Source of the DNA: an uncultured Verrucomicrobiae bacterium
GTDB lineage: Bacteria; Verrucomicrobiota; Verrucomicrobiia; Chthoniobacterales; Terrimicrobiaceae
DNA: 64,000 nt
Direction: 5' to 3'
Assembly: GCA_963706955.1 (NCBI GenBank)
Contig: CAVPOC010000007.1
Coordinates: 32,001-96,000 of the forward strand
Below, piece by piece: positions 1-10,235 of this stretch. The translations under genes were made by a program, and so were the position numbers. Positions within the stretch are counted from its first letter, which is position 1. Each line of letters begins with the position of its first letter. Below the pieces are notes generated by a model that made no database searches, was not told where the DNA came from, and saw nothing but the letters and a program-made list of their open reading frames with translations.

Positions 1-967
1 GCTGGTAAGAGTATTCGTTTTGATGAAAGGCGCGTCGTGCCCAGCGCATCGCGTCTCCCCCCGCGTCGAGGATGGTAAAAGCGTTCCAGTTTTGGCCGTC
101 AACGCTCATCACGTTTGTAATCGTTGGATCCAATGTGGGATCACTGGTACAGAGTGTCACCAGCGTCGAGGTGCCGGTGGAATCTGATCCCGTGCCCGGA
201 CGAAAGACGCCGGAACCGAGCAAGCTGGCGGGAAAATCTCCGACCCCGGTGATTACTGGAATTCCCTCGGGTAATCCGGTTTGCTCGGCCGCCTGCCGGG
301 TTACTTCGCCGACATACTCTGCCGGGAGCTTTAACGGAGGAAGAAGATCATAGTTGAGGTCAAGGAGTTCTGTAATCTTTCGGCTCCAGCCGTTTTCCTG
401 ATAGCTAAAGAGAAAGCTGCAGGAAGCCTCGGGGTAGTCGATTGCGCGTTGATTCGTCAGCTTGAAGTTGACGTAATCCTTCGGCATGAGCAGCGTCGCC
501 GCTCGCCGGTAGGCTTCCGGATGATTCTCCTTGATCCAGGCTAACTTGAAGGCTTGCCATGCTGAGGCAGGAGGGTTCGCCGTAATCCTCAAGAGCTCAT
601 CAACCGGATGATTTTGCTCGAAACGAGCGACCAGGTCACGAGTGCGTTTGTCATTCCATAGCGGAACTGCGTCCAGCACGAGCTCCCCTCCCGAATCAAT
701 CAAGACGGTCGCATGCATTTGTCCGCAGGCCGCAACCGCAGCAATTCGTTCGGCCGCGCCGCTGAGCGATTTTAGAACTGAGCGCGTGGTTTCGACCGCT
801 CCCTCCCACCATTGGCTGGGTCGCTGCTCAGCCCAACCGGGACGCGGGACGATTTGGTCGTGCTCCTTAGCCTCAAACGCCAGAATCTTGCCGTGGACGT
901 CGACCAACGCCGAGCGAACGCTTCCGGTCCCCACATCGATGGCCAGAAACAAATCGCGCGAGCTCAT
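1..967 (-). CDS. FGGY-family carbohydrate kinase (xylulokinase-like), runs off the left window edge
   Basis: Manual translation from ATG at 967: MSSRDLFLAIDVGTGSVRSALVD...GWAEQRPSQWW...AACGQMHATVLID...PLWNDKR, typical FGGY N-terminal motifs; not in the ORF track because no stop lies in the window. Confidence 0.85.
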   Translation of the reverse strand, partial: MSSRDLFLAIDVGTGSVRSALVDVHGKILAFEAKEHDQIVPRPGWAEQRPSQWWEGAVETTRSVLKSLSGAAERIAAVAACGQMHATVLIDSGGELVLDAVPLWNDKRTRDLVARFEQNHPVDELLRITANPPASAWQAFKLAWIKENHPEAYRRAATLLMPKDYVNFKLTNQRAIDYPEASCSFLFSYQENGWSRKITELLDLNYDLLPPLKLPAEYVGEVTRQAAEQTGLPEGIPVITGVGDFPASLLGSGVFRPGTGSDSTGTSTLVTLCTSDPTLDPTITNVMSVDGQNWNAFTILDAGGDAMRWARRAFHQNEYSYQ

Positions 968-1162
968 TGGAGATCAATCGTGAGCATCTGTTTCAGGCAA
1001 AGGCATGCCAAGCCACTGAGGAGGCTAGGACCACCAATATGTTTTGGAGCGGATGGATGTGAAAATACGAAAGCGTGCCCGGGAAAGCCAGCAGCTCTTC
1101 AGCCTTCATCCCGTTCGTCCGATTGATGCTCGCCCCGAGCCGGGTCGCAGTCGGCTGAGCGC

Positions 1163-1936
1163 TCACCAGCAAGTGTATCCGCCGTCGACGACAAGATTAC
1201 TGCCGGTAAAAAAGCTGCTCGCGTCCGACGCGAGAAAGACGACCGTGGCTGCAACCTCGCGTGGTTCACCTACCCGTCCCATCGGCGTGAATTTGAGCCA
1301 ATCATCATACCACTCGGTTCTCGCCATGCCCTTCTTGGTCAGCTCGGTTCCGATATACCCAGGCGAAACGGAATTGACTCGCACGCCACGCTTGGCCCAT
1401 TCCCCGGCCAGTGATTTGGTAAGCATAATCACCCCGCCTTTCGATGCATTATAAGCGGATTGCGGTTGTGGGGTATTCGAAATAATACCCGACATGGAAG
1501 CGGTGTTAATGATGCTGCCCTTGCCTTGCTGCAGCATGATCTTGCCGAACTCACGGCAACAAAAGAAAACTGCGTTCAGGTTGACGTTAATTACCCTTAG
1601 CCAATCCTCATCGGAACAGTCTTCCGAAGGGACGTTGCAAGCGATCCCCGCATTATTGAAGGCAATGTCCAGCCGTCCATATTTTTGTTGAAGCTGATCA
1701 GCGACCTTCTTGACCTGTTCGGATTTCGGTCAGATCGGCCTGGAAAAGAAATCTGTGTCGAGTTCCTTGGCAGCCTTTTGCCCTAGCTCTGGATTGATAT
1801 CGACAATTGCGGTTTGCGCACCGCCTTCTCGCAGCGCTTTGACGGTTTCGTACCCGATACCGCTAGCTCCACCTGTAACGACGGCCACTCGCCCATCCAG
1901 TCGGAAATTATAAGAGTCGTCTCATAAGTATGCCAT
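1163..1936 (-). CDS. Short-chain dehydrogenase/reductase (polyol/sugar), disrupted by small indels near 1725-1750 and an in-frame TGA near the start (likely sequence errors)
   Basis: [18 protein letters not shown] upstream, NNAG motif, YNASK catalytic YxxxK and VVDGGY C-terminus (ORF 1163..1537). Confidence 0.8.
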
Positions 1937-2196
1937 ATTAATCGTCTAAGTGCCTAACTTACTAGGATTACCGCCGTGTCAGAACTCCGGACGGGAGCAG
2001 GTACGGCGACAAGGATAATGATACCCTTGACAACCAATGCCACAAAAAATAGGGGCGATGTTGCTTATCGAGGGGAAAGATTTTGTTACCCAGGGAAAGC
2101 GAGGCTCCTCGCTCGTTGAGATTATTGAGACGCTACTCTCGCAGGAGGCGCTGCTTGGAAACAGCGCTGGGGACAGCGCCACGACACAGTGGAGAC

Positions 2197-3222
2197 CTAC
2201 GAGACGGCGACGGGCTTGCTTCTCAAGCGTTTGACAGTCTCAGGTTGGGCGACCCGGCAGCTGATGGGCGGCAGGCCTCGCAGAAGGAGTTCGACGTCGC
2301 TCACGACCAGGTTTCCGATCTCGGTAAACGCTTCCTGAATACCTCCGGAGCGATGAGCGGATAGGACCACATTCGGAAGGTCACGTAACCGGTGGTCTTT
2401 AGGAAATGGTTCTTCCGGAAAAACATCGGTCGCTACCTTGAGATGCCCCGACTCTGCGGCAGAGACGAGTGCTTCGAAGTCGACTACGCCGGCTCGGCTC
2501 ATCAGCACGAAGAGGCCCCCACGCCGAATAAGCGAAAGCTCACGCGCACTCAAGAAGCCTTGATTTTCGGCAGTGACGCTCGCGAAAACAAAAATTGCGT
2601 CCGACGTGGAGAGCAACTCATCGAGGGGGGATGGCGAGCAGTCATTGTTGAGGATTTCGCGTTCAGGCAACCATGGATCGTAAACTTTGACGGGACAGCG
2701 GAATGGGCGCAGTAACGGGCGAAATGCCCGCGCCAGATCTCCATAGCCGATGATTCCGACTCGACAACCGGTGAGGAGAAAGCAATCCCGATTGCTCTCC
2801 AACCCGTAGATCTCGTTCCGTTCGCGGAACGCGCGATCACTGTTGCTGACACCTCGGGCAAGATCGAGAGCGAGCGCAAGAGCCATTTCAGCGACGGCGA
2901 GGGCGAAGGCCGGACTTGCCACGAGCACACGAATGTTGTGCGCGAAGCAATAGTCGTAGTCGATGTTGGGAAGGAAGTTGCCTTCGACATTGAAAATCGC
3001 TCGCAGTTTCTGGCAGCGGGCTAACCTTTCCCGGGGCAGGTCGGTTTGACCAATGATTAGCTCTGCGTCCGTTAGCGCGGATTCGACCATTTCGGCCGGC
3101 ATCGCCCCCGAGTCGAAAATGGTGAGATCCGCCAGTTCGGCGAGTTTGTTGTGCGCTCGTTCGTTGAAAATCAGCTTCATGGTCCGAGGATGGGGGTCAA
3201 TGATGATTCTCGGCTTACTCAT
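2197..3222 (-). CDS. D-isomer-specific 2-hydroxyacid dehydrogenase family protein
   Basis: GIIGYGDLA Rossmann motif, SRAGVVD, DVFPEEP, LSAHRSG. Confidence 0.85.
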   Translation of the reverse strand: MSKPRIIIDPHPRTMKLIFNERAHNKLAELADLTIFDSGAMPAEMVESALTDAELIIGQTDLPRERLARCQKLRAIFNVEGNFLPNIDYDYCFAHNIRVLVASPAFALAVAEMALALALDLARGVSNSDRAFRERNEIYGLESNRDCFLLTGCRVGIIGYGDLARAFRPLLRPFRCPVKVYDPWLPEREILNNDCSPSPLDELLSTSDAIFVFASVTAENQGFLSARELSLIRRGGLFVLMSRAGVVDFEALVSAAESGHLKVATDVFPEEPFPKDHRLRDLPNVVLSAHRSGGIQEAFTEIGNLVVSDVELLLRGLPPISCRVAQPETVKRLRSKPVAVS

Positions 3223-3384
3223 GTCCGCGATTGGAGGCTCCAGTGACCAACATCGTGCCCAAACTATTGTCTAGATTCCGGATTGTCACTGGGTAACTGG
3301 CGCGCACAAGATCACCCGGGGGACTGGGCAACGCCAAGAGCGATGAGTATTTCGTCGAGACTCATTTCGTGATTATGCTCCGGC

Positions 3385-4074
3385 ATGCTGAAGATTTCCT
3401 GCAAAGCGCTCTTGTTTGATATGGACGGAGTTCTGGTTGATTCCACGCCAGCGGTGGCGCGGGTTTGGTCATGGTGGGCGCGACGGCACGGCTTTGATCC
3501 GATAAAAACAGTCCACGAGGCCCATGGTCGTCCGAGCATCGCTACGATTCGCGAGCTCCTTCCCGACGCAGATCATGAAGCTGAGAACCGCGAAGTAGAA
3601 CGCCGTGAGATTCTCGATGTCGAGGGTGTCATTCCACTCGCCGGTGTCCACAGACTGCTCACCTCTCTGCCGGCGGATCGCTGGACGATCGTCACGTCAG
3701 GCACAAAGCCGCTGGCAGATGTGCGGCTACGCGTGGCCGGGATTGCTCCGCCAGCGCAGTTCATCACCGCAGCCGATATCACCGTCGGCAAGCCCGATCC
3801 CGAACCTTATTTGAAGGGAGCGGCCTTGCTTGGCTTTGCTCCGCAAGATTGCATTGTCGTCGAGGATGCCTCCGCTGGAGTCCGTTCGGGCAAAGCGGCG
3901 GGGGCGCGTGTCCTCGCAGTTCTAAGCACTGAAACAAACGAGGCACTCATCGACTTAGGCGCGGACTGGATCATCAAGGACTGCAGCTCGCTCGCATTGA
4001 ATGGAGCGACGCCATCCGGAGATCTCCTTCTTGAAGCCACTTTGGCGGGTGCTCAGCCAACGACAAGAGGATAA
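3385..4074 (+). CDS. HAD-superfamily sugar/polyol phosphatase (YfbT-like)
   Basis: LLFDMDGVLVDS motif I, GKPDPEPY, VVEDASAG. Confidence 0.9.
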   Translation: MLKISCKALLFDMDGVLVDSTPAVARVWSWWARRHGFDPIKTVHEAHGRPSIATIRELLPDADHEAENREVERREILDVEGVIPLAGVHRLLTSLPADRWTIVTSGTKPLADVRLRVAGIAPPAQFITAADITVGKPDPEPYLKGAALLGFAPQDCIVVEDASAGVRSGKAAGARVLAVLSTETNEALIDLGADWIIKDCSSLALNGATPSGDLLLEATLAGAQPTTRG

Positions 4075-4102
4075 CTAAGGATGACGGAAAGTGGCGTCCG
4101 CT

Positions 4103-4160
4103 GTAGCGGCGGTGTCCGCACCGCCGAAAACACCCTCGACGATGAGGACATCGTCGCTAC
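4103..4160. repeat. REP doublet, family A (inverted pair of GTAG palindromes)
   Basis: GTAG-CGGCGGTG-TCCG-CACCGCCG, 10-nt spacer, CGACGATG-AGGA-CATCGTCG-CTAC; lies between convergent genes. Confidence 0.9.
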
Positions 4161-4236
4161 AACAGCCCTCGACCGAATGTGGTTCTAAGCTAGAGAAAAG
4201 CCAGCTTAGCGAAATGCTGAGCCAAATTTCCACCGC

Positions 4237-5394
4237 TCAGGTCTCTGGCAACTTGGTCCAAACGGCACCAGCTTTCGCACTTTGCACAGCAGCTGCGATG
4301 AACGCCATACCTTCAACTCCGTCGTCAACGTTCGGAAAATCGAGGTCCTGTGGGGGCGGCTGACCAGCCACCTCGGCTTCGATGGCGCGGCTTGCCTCGA
4401 GATAGATATTGGCGAAGGCTTCAAGGAACGCTTCTGGATGACCGGCTGGCAGTCGCGTAAAGCGCTTGGCGGCGTCGCTCAGATAGCTATTTCCGCGCCG
4501 GTAAGTTTGCCGGGGAGCATCCTGAAATTTCACAACAAGCTCGTTCGGATGTTCCTGATGCCACTCTAAAGATGCCTTTGTGCCATAAACCCGGATCGTC
4601 AGATTGTTCTCCTCGCCAGCGGAGATCTGCGAGGCATAGAGCACACCGCGCGCGCCATCCTGGTAGCGCACGAGCATGTTACCATCGTCTTCAAGCCGCC
4701 GGCCTTCGACAAACGAGGTAAAGTCAGCGCACAGTTCTTCGATTTCCAGGCCGCTAATGTAGCGAGCCAAATTTTCGCCGTGGGTGCCGATGTCGCCGAT
4801 GCAGCCACTGGCGCCGGCCCGCTCCGGATCGGTGCGCCACGAGGCCTGCTTTTGTCCTTCCTGATCGATCGGATTGAGCAGCCACCCCTGAGGGTACTCG
4901 GTCACGATCTTGAGAATCTTGCCGAGTTCGCCGCCGCGCACCATGGCACGCGCCTCTTTCACCATCGGGTAGCCCGTATAGTTGTGCGTGAGGGCGAAGA
5001 CCTTTCCGCTTTTCCGGACAACCTCTCGTAATTTCAACGCTTCTTCGAGATTCAATGTCATTGGCTTGTCACAAATGACGTTGAAACCGGCCTCGAGGAA
5101 CGTTTTGGCCGCCGGATAATGCGCGAAGTTTGGAGTGACGATGGAGACAAAATCGATGCGTTGGTCCGCTGGCAATGCGGCTTCTTGTTTGGCCATTGCC
5201 TCGTAGCTGTCATAAACCCTGTCGGGACTTAGCAAGAACAGCGCCCCGCTTTCGTGCGACTTTTTCGGGTTGGATGAAAACGCGCCCGCAACAAGTTCGA
5301 TGCGGCCATCGAGGTTAGCGGCGAAGCGGTGCACGGCTCCGATAAATGCGTCTTTGCCGCCGCCGACCATTCCCATTCTTAGTTTGCGTGTCAT
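4237..5394 (-). CDS. Gfo/Idh/MocA oxidoreductase
   Basis: MTRKLRMGMVGGG, ICDKP, GDIGTH motifs; start placed at ATG 5394 inside ORF 4237..5706. Confidence 0.9.
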   Translation of the reverse strand: MTRKLRMGMVGGGKDAFIGAVHRFAANLDGRIELVAGAFSSNPKKSHESGALFLLSPDRVYDSYEAMAKQEAALPADQRIDFVSIVTPNFAHYPAAKTFLEAGFNVICDKPMTLNLEEALKLREVVRKSGKVFALTHNYTGYPMVKEARAMVRGGELGKILKIVTEYPQGWLLNPIDQEGQKQASWRTDPERAGASGCIGDIGTHGENLARYISGLEIEELCADFTSFVEGRRLEDDGNMLVRYQDGARGVLYASQISAGEENNLTIRVYGTKASLEWHQEHPNELVVKFQDAPRQTYRRGNSYLSDAAKRFTRLPAGHPEAFLEAFANIYLEASRAIEAEVAGQPPPQDLDFPNVDDGVEGMAFIAAAVQSAKAGAVWTKLPET

Positions 5395-5410
5395 TTCGGA
5401 AAATCTCTTT

Positions 5411-6448
5411 CTAATTCTTTTTCTTTTCGAACGCAGAATCGAAGGCGATTCCGCTGGGCGTGAAATCGTAATTCCGAACGATCCGGCAGGCTTCAGCGCC
5501 TCCATGGACTCGATCCATGCGGATGTCCTCCCATTCAATGGAGAGCGGACCCTGGTAGCCGATATCGTTGAGCGCCACAATGATGTCCTCGAATTTGACG
5601 TCACCATGACCGATTGATCGAAAATCCCAGTAACGTCTGTGGTCGCCAAAGTCGGTGTGACCCCCAAAGACGCCGGCATCGCCGTTACCGTGTCCCCACC
5701 ACGCATCCTTCATATGCGCATGGTAGATACGATCAGGAAACTGTCGGATGAACTTCACGTAGTCGACCCCTTGATAACCGAGATGTGAGGGATCGTAATT
5801 GAAGCCGAAGCGTTTGTGTTCCTTGACGGCATCCAGAGCGCGCTGAGCGGAAGCGATATCGAAAGCGATCTCAGTCGGGTGGACTTCGAGGGCGAAATTT
5901 ACGTCGACTTCCTCGAAGACGTCCAAAATAGGAATGAATCTGCGGGCGAAGTCATCGAAGCCTTTTTGCAAGAAGGCTTGGCTGGTAGGCGGAAAGGCAT
6001 AGCAGGCGTGCCAGATGCTCGAACCGCTAAAGCCGTTGACTACGGCAGGAAAATCCAGGTCGCGATGGGGCTTCGCGTCCAGGAAGCGGCGGCAGGCCCG
6101 CGCGGTCAGTTTGAGCTGTTCGGCAGCGCGTTGTCGGACCCCCTCAGGATCACCATCTCCCCAAATGGTTGGGGGAAGGATGGCCTGGTGACGCTCATCG
6201 ATGAGATCGCAGACCGCCTGACCAACCAGATGGTTGGAAACTCCGAAGGCCGTCAGGCCAGCATCAGTCAGAATGCTCCAGCGTTCCTTGCAGTAATCTG
6301 AAGAATCGGCAGCTTGGTTGACGTCAAAATGGTCACCCCAACAGGCGAGCTCCAATCCGTCGAAGCCCATCTTTTTGGCGAGCGGCGCAAGTTCCGTGAG
6401 GGGAAGATCGGCCCATTGGCCGGTGAAGAGAGTTACAGGTCTGGCCAT
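5411..6448 (-). CDS. Sugar phosphate isomerase/epimerase (xylose-isomerase-like TIM barrel)
   Basis: FALEVHP, YDPSH, HAHMKD, LSIEWED metal-binding motifs. Confidence 0.88.
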   Translation of the reverse strand: MARPVTLFTGQWADLPLTELAPLAKKMGFDGLELACWGDHFDVNQAADSSDYCKERWSILTDAGLTAFGVSNHLVGQAVCDLIDERHQAILPPTIWGDGDPEGVRQRAAEQLKLTARACRRFLDAKPHRDLDFPAVVNGFSGSSIWHACYAFPPTSQAFLQKGFDDFARRFIPILDVFEEVDVNFALEVHPTEIAFDIASAQRALDAVKEHKRFGFNYDPSHLGYQGVDYVKFIRQFPDRIYHAHMKDAWWGHGNGDAGVFGGHTDFGDHRRYWDFRSIGHGDVKFEDIIVALNDIGYQGPLSIEWEDIRMDRVHGGAEACRIVRNYDFTPSGIAFDSAFEKKKN

Positions 6449-6673
6449 TCACATATGCAACAGAACTCGCCACGGCACGACAAATAGAAAAACACAGTTT
6501 CCATCCCGGCCTGAAGGCATGACTTGGCGATCGAGGGAAGCCCCCACCTGCTTTCTTGCGCGAAAAACGTCCAAAATTTGAGGCGTTTGTTCTATACGAG
6601 TGGAGATGTGAGGCTAGTCTCCTAGGCGAGGAGGAGCTGCGCACCAACCGCGCGTGAATCGAAGAATAAGCAA

Positions 6674-7807
6674 ATGAAAGCGAAAGAAGATGGATCAGTA
6701 AAGATCAGCAATTTGGTCAAGACGTATACCGATGATCGAGGGCGGCCGACCTTTACGGCGGTCAAGAACATCAATTTGGAGATCAAGGACGGGGAGTTCA
6801 TGGTGTTGGTGGGTCCCTCTGGGTGCGGGAAGTCGACGACCTTGCGGATGGTAGCCGGGCTGGAGAAGATCTCCAGCGGGACGATCTCCATTGGGGGCAA
6901 GGTGGTCAACGATCTGGAGCCGAAGGATCGAGGGATTTCGATGGTCTTTCAGAGCTATGCGCTCTATCCGCACATGAATTTGTTTAACAACATGGCCTTT
7001 GGGCTGAAGCTGGCCAAGAAGCCCAAGGAGTTTATTTCCGATATCGTGGGGAGGACTTCGAAGGCGTTGGGGTTGGATCACATGCTGGAGCGCAAGCCGG
7101 GAGCGTTATCAGGAGGGCAGCGGCAGCGGGTGGCCTTGGGACGGGCGATCGTGCGCAATCCGATAGTATTTTTGTTTGACGAGCCGTTATCGAACCTGGA
7201 TGCGAAGATGCGGGTGCAGATGCGTTCGGAGATATCGCGGCTGCATGCGGAGTTGGGCTCGACGATGATCTATGTGACCCACGATCAGGTGGAGGCGATG
7301 ACGATGGGCGATCGGATCTGTGTGATGCGCGACGGCTTGATCATGCAGGTGGCCGATCCGCTGACCTTGTTTCGACAGCCGGAGAACCTGTTTGTGGCCG
7401 GGTTCATCGGGAGTCCGCCGATGAACTTGCTCAAGGGGAAGATCCAGAAAGGGGACGGGGGTCTTGTCTTTGTTGAAAACGCGGACGCCAATCCGCTGAC
7501 CCTGCCCTTGCAGGGCAATGCGGAAGCGGTGGCCGCCAAGCACGTGGATAAAGAAGTGGTCTTTGGGATTCGGCCGGAGCAGATCGGCAACGAGCCCGAT
7601 GGCGCAATTGGACCGATACCCATGAAAGTGGAGATCGCTGAGCCGATGGGGTCCGAGTCGCTGGTCTATCTGAAGACGGGCTCGGGGAGCGTGATCGCCC
7701 GCATTCAGGGCGACCACATCTTTCATCTCGGCGAAGACGTGCCGGCCTACTTCGACATGGACAAGGCCACCCTCTTCGATCCCAAAACCGAACAGGTGCT
7801 GAAGTAA
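6674..7807 (+). CDS. Carbohydrate ABC transporter ATP-binding protein (MsmK/UgpC type), no adjacent permease
   Basis: Walker [34 protein letters not shown]-terminal TOBE-like region. Confidence 0.92.
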   Translation: MKAKEDGSVKISNLVKTYTDDRGRPTFTAVKNINLEIKDGEFMVLVGPSGCGKSTTLRMVAGLEKISSGTISIGGKVVNDLEPKDRGISMVFQSYALYPHMNLFNNMAFGLKLAKKPKEFISDIVGRTSKALGLDHMLERKPGALSGGQRQRVALGRAIVRNPIVFLFDEPLSNLDAKMRVQMRSEISRLHAELGSTMIYVTHDQVEAMTMGDRICVMRDGLIMQVADPLTLFRQPENLFVAGFIGSPPMNLLKGKIQKGDGGLVFVENADANPLTLPLQGNAEAVAAKHVDKEVVFGIRPEQIGNEPDGAIGPIPMKVEIAEPMGSESLVYLKTGSGSVIARIQGDHIFHLGEDVPAYFDMDKATLFDPKTEQVLK

Positions 7808-7885
7808 GTTTTAATTGTTAAGAATTAAGCTTTAAATGCGCCGCGAAGTCGTTTGCTTAAAACTTACAATCTTAAAACTTAACAC
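7805..7885. repeat. AT-rich inverted heptad-periodic repeat element
   Basis: TAA at 7805/7812/7819/7826/7833, a short GC-richer spacer, then TTA at 7857/7864/7872/7879. Confidence 0.65.
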
Positions 7886-8953
7886 CCTACGTTACAGACC
7901 ACATCTTCGGCACAAGGCATAGCGATCGCGGTTGCGCGACTTACCCACGGCCACGTCTCCTGGATTTTTGAGCGCGCTGAGAAGCGGGACATTGAAGTTG
8001 TCGGCATCTACGAACCCGATCGCGAAGTAGCGGACCGGTACGCTCGCAAGTTCGGGTTCGATCGGTGTCTTCTCCATACTGATCTGCCCAGGATGCTCGA
8101 TGCCACCCGGCCGCGGACGGTTGCGGCATTTGGCCCCATTGCCGAGCACGTCGCGGTGGTCGAAGCGGCCGCTCCTCGTGGTATTCACGTCATGGTGGAA
8201 AAGCCTCTCGCGTTCAGCCTAGAAGACGCGATGCGGATTGAAGCTCTGGCAAAACGACATGGCATTCACGTGCTGACCAACTACGAGACGACGTGGTATC
8301 CGAGCGGCAATTCCGCCTATGAACTGGTGCACAACAAAGGAGCCATCGGTCCGATCCGGAAGTTGATCATCCGCGACGGACACTTCGGCCCAAAAGAACT
8401 CGATGTTCCGTCCGAGTTTCTCTCCTGGCTTACTGATCCGAAACAGAACGGCGGTGGCGCATTGATCGACTTCGGATGTTACGGTGCAAATTTAGCGACG
8501 TGGTTGATGCGTGGCGCGCTCCCGAATTCTGTCACCGCGGTGACCCAGCAATTGAAAAACGATGCGACCTACTTGCGCGTAGATGACGAAGCAACAATTA
8601 TTCTCACCTATGCGAATGCACAGGCAATCATTCAAGGATCGTGGAATTGGCCCGACCATCGCAAGGATCTCGAGATCTTTGGCACCCATGGTTATGTTTT
8701 CACCCCCGACGCAACCAACGTCCGCATGCGCCTGCGGGGCGAACCCGCCGAAAGGTCAGTTGCGACCACAGAATTAGACAGGAACTACGACAACTGCTTC
8801 GCCTATCTGGCCGCAGTCGTTCGTGGCGAGTTGCCAGTTGAAAAGACTGACCGCTCCTCACTGGCGAACAACCTCATCGTCGTTCGTATTCTCGACGCTG
8901 CGCGACGCTCTGCGCAAACCCGACAGACTATTATCTTGGAGGGTGAATGCTAA
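7883..8953 (+). CDS. Gfo/Idh/MocA oxidoreductase; 5' end lacks a canonical start codon
   Basis: Frame is open from 7883 (GIAIAVARLTHGHVSW...VVGIYEPD) into ORF 8093..8953 with VEKPLA and GGGALIDFGCY. Confidence 0.75.
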   Translation, partial: HPTLQTTSSAQGIAIAVARLTHGHVSWIFERAEKRDIEVVGIYEPDREVADRYARKFGFDRCLLHTDLPRMLDATRPRTVAAFGPIAEHVAVVEAAAPRGIHVMVEKPLAFSLEDAMRIEALAKRHGIHVLTNYETTWYPSGNSAYELVHNKGAIGPIRKLIIRDGHFGPKELDVPSEFLSWLTDPKQNGGGALIDFGCYGANLATWLMRGALPNSVTAVTQQLKNDATYLRVDDEATIILTYANAQAIIQGSWNWPDHRKDLEIFGTHGYVFTPDATNVRMRLRGEPAERSVATTELDRNYDNCFAYLAAVVRGELPVEKTDRSSLANNLIVVRILDAARRSAQTRQTIILEGEC

Positions 8954-8998
8954 ATCGATCTGATGAGACTTATTAAAAAGTTGTCACGCTCGTTAGCT

Positions 8999-9054
8999 GT
9001 AGCGGCGGTGTCCCACCGCCGAAGAACCCTCGACCGTGAGGACACGGTCGCTAC
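8999..9054. repeat. REP doublet, family A
   Basis: GTAG-CGGCGGTG-TCC-CACCGCCG, 9-nt spacer, CGACCGTG-AGGA-CACGGTCG-CTAC. Confidence 0.9.
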
Positions 9055-9113
9055 AATGCACTCTTTGTCGATTGTAGTTCAACTTTTAATCTAAGCTTAC
9101 TGGAAACCCCTTT

Positions 9114-10235
9114 ATGACGGCAACTAACAACTCTATTCGCGTTGCGCTCATCGGCTATGGCTTCGTGGGCAAGGCGTTTCACGCGCCGCTGATCAAGTCC
9201 GTGCCAGGCTTCGAGATCGCCGTCGTCGGCTCGCGAGACCCTGCAAAGGTGCACGCAGATCTGCCGGCCGCGCATGTAATTGCCGATCCCAAGGAAGCGG
9301 CTACCAACGCCAAGGTCGATCTTGTTGTCATTGCCAGCCCCAACGAGACTCATGTCCCGCTGGCGACCGCTGCGTTGAATGCAGGCAAGGATGTGGTGAT
9401 CGATAAGCCATTCACGGTCACGCTCGCGGAAGCGCGCAAACTCACCGAGTTGGCACTGAAACAGAAACGGCTTCTTTCGGTATTTCAGAACCGCCGCTGG
9501 GATAGCGAGTTCCTGGGAGCGCGTGCGGCGATCGAGGAGGGTCGGCTCGGTGAGGTTCTCCACTTTGAATCCCACTTTGATCGTTTCCGCCCTGAGGTGC
9601 GTCCGCGGTGGCGCGAAACACCCGGGCCGGGTTCGGGGGTGTGGTATGATCTCGGTCCGCACCTCGCGGACCAAGCGCTGCAGCTATTCGGATTGCCAAA
9701 AACAATTGCCGGGAATTTGACGGTGCAGCGCCGTGAGGCGAAGACCGACGACTGGTTTCATGTCCTGCTGAACTACGATCGTCTCCGCGTGATTTTGCAC
9801 GGTTCGGTCGTTGTTGCCGGAGGCACTCCCCGTATGGCCATCCATGGCACTGGCGGCAGCTGGCTAAAATACGGATTGGACGTTCAGGAGGAACAACTCA
9901 TCAGTGGTGTGATTCCTGGACAGCCAGGCTGGGGTCAGGATCCTCGACCAGCCCTCTTCTACAATGGCCGAGATAGCCAACCTCTTGAGCTCCCTCTCCC
10001 CGCCGGCGATCAGCGCCAATACTATTTTGGAATTCGCGATGCCATTCGCAACGAAGGAGCGAATCCGGTCTCCCCCGCACAGGCAGTCGCAGTGATGGCG
10101 GTCCTGGAAACAGCCATCGAATCTTCGACCTCGGGCAAAGTGTTGCCGCTTCCCCTCACGGAGGCTGAGCAGGCCGCCTGGCAACAGTCGGTTGACCGGG
10201 CGGCTCGCGGAAACCCGCGGACGCCGGGCTCCTGA
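9114..10235 (+). CDS. Gfo/Idh/MocA oxidoreductase (YdgJ/IolW-like)
   Basis: IGYGFVGKAFHAP, VIDKPF, FQNRRWD, WYDLGPHL. Confidence 0.88.
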   Translation: MTATNNSIRVALIGYGFVGKAFHAPLIKSVPGFEIAVVGSRDPAKVHADLPAAHVIADPKEAATNAKVDLVVIASPNETHVPLATAALNAGKDVVIDKPFTVTLAEARKLTELALKQKRLLSVFQNRRWDSEFLGARAAIEEGRLGEVLHFESHFDRFRPEVRPRWRETPGPGSGVWYDLGPHLADQALQLFGLPKTIAGNLTVQRREAKTDDWFHVLLNYDRLRVILHGSVVVAGGTPRMAIHGTGGSWLKYGLDVQEEQLISGVIPGQPGWGQDPRPALFYNGRDSQPLELPLPAGDQRQYYFGIRDAIRNEGANPVSPAQAVAVMAVLETAIESSTSGKVLPLPLTEAEQAAWQQSVDRAARGNPRTPGS

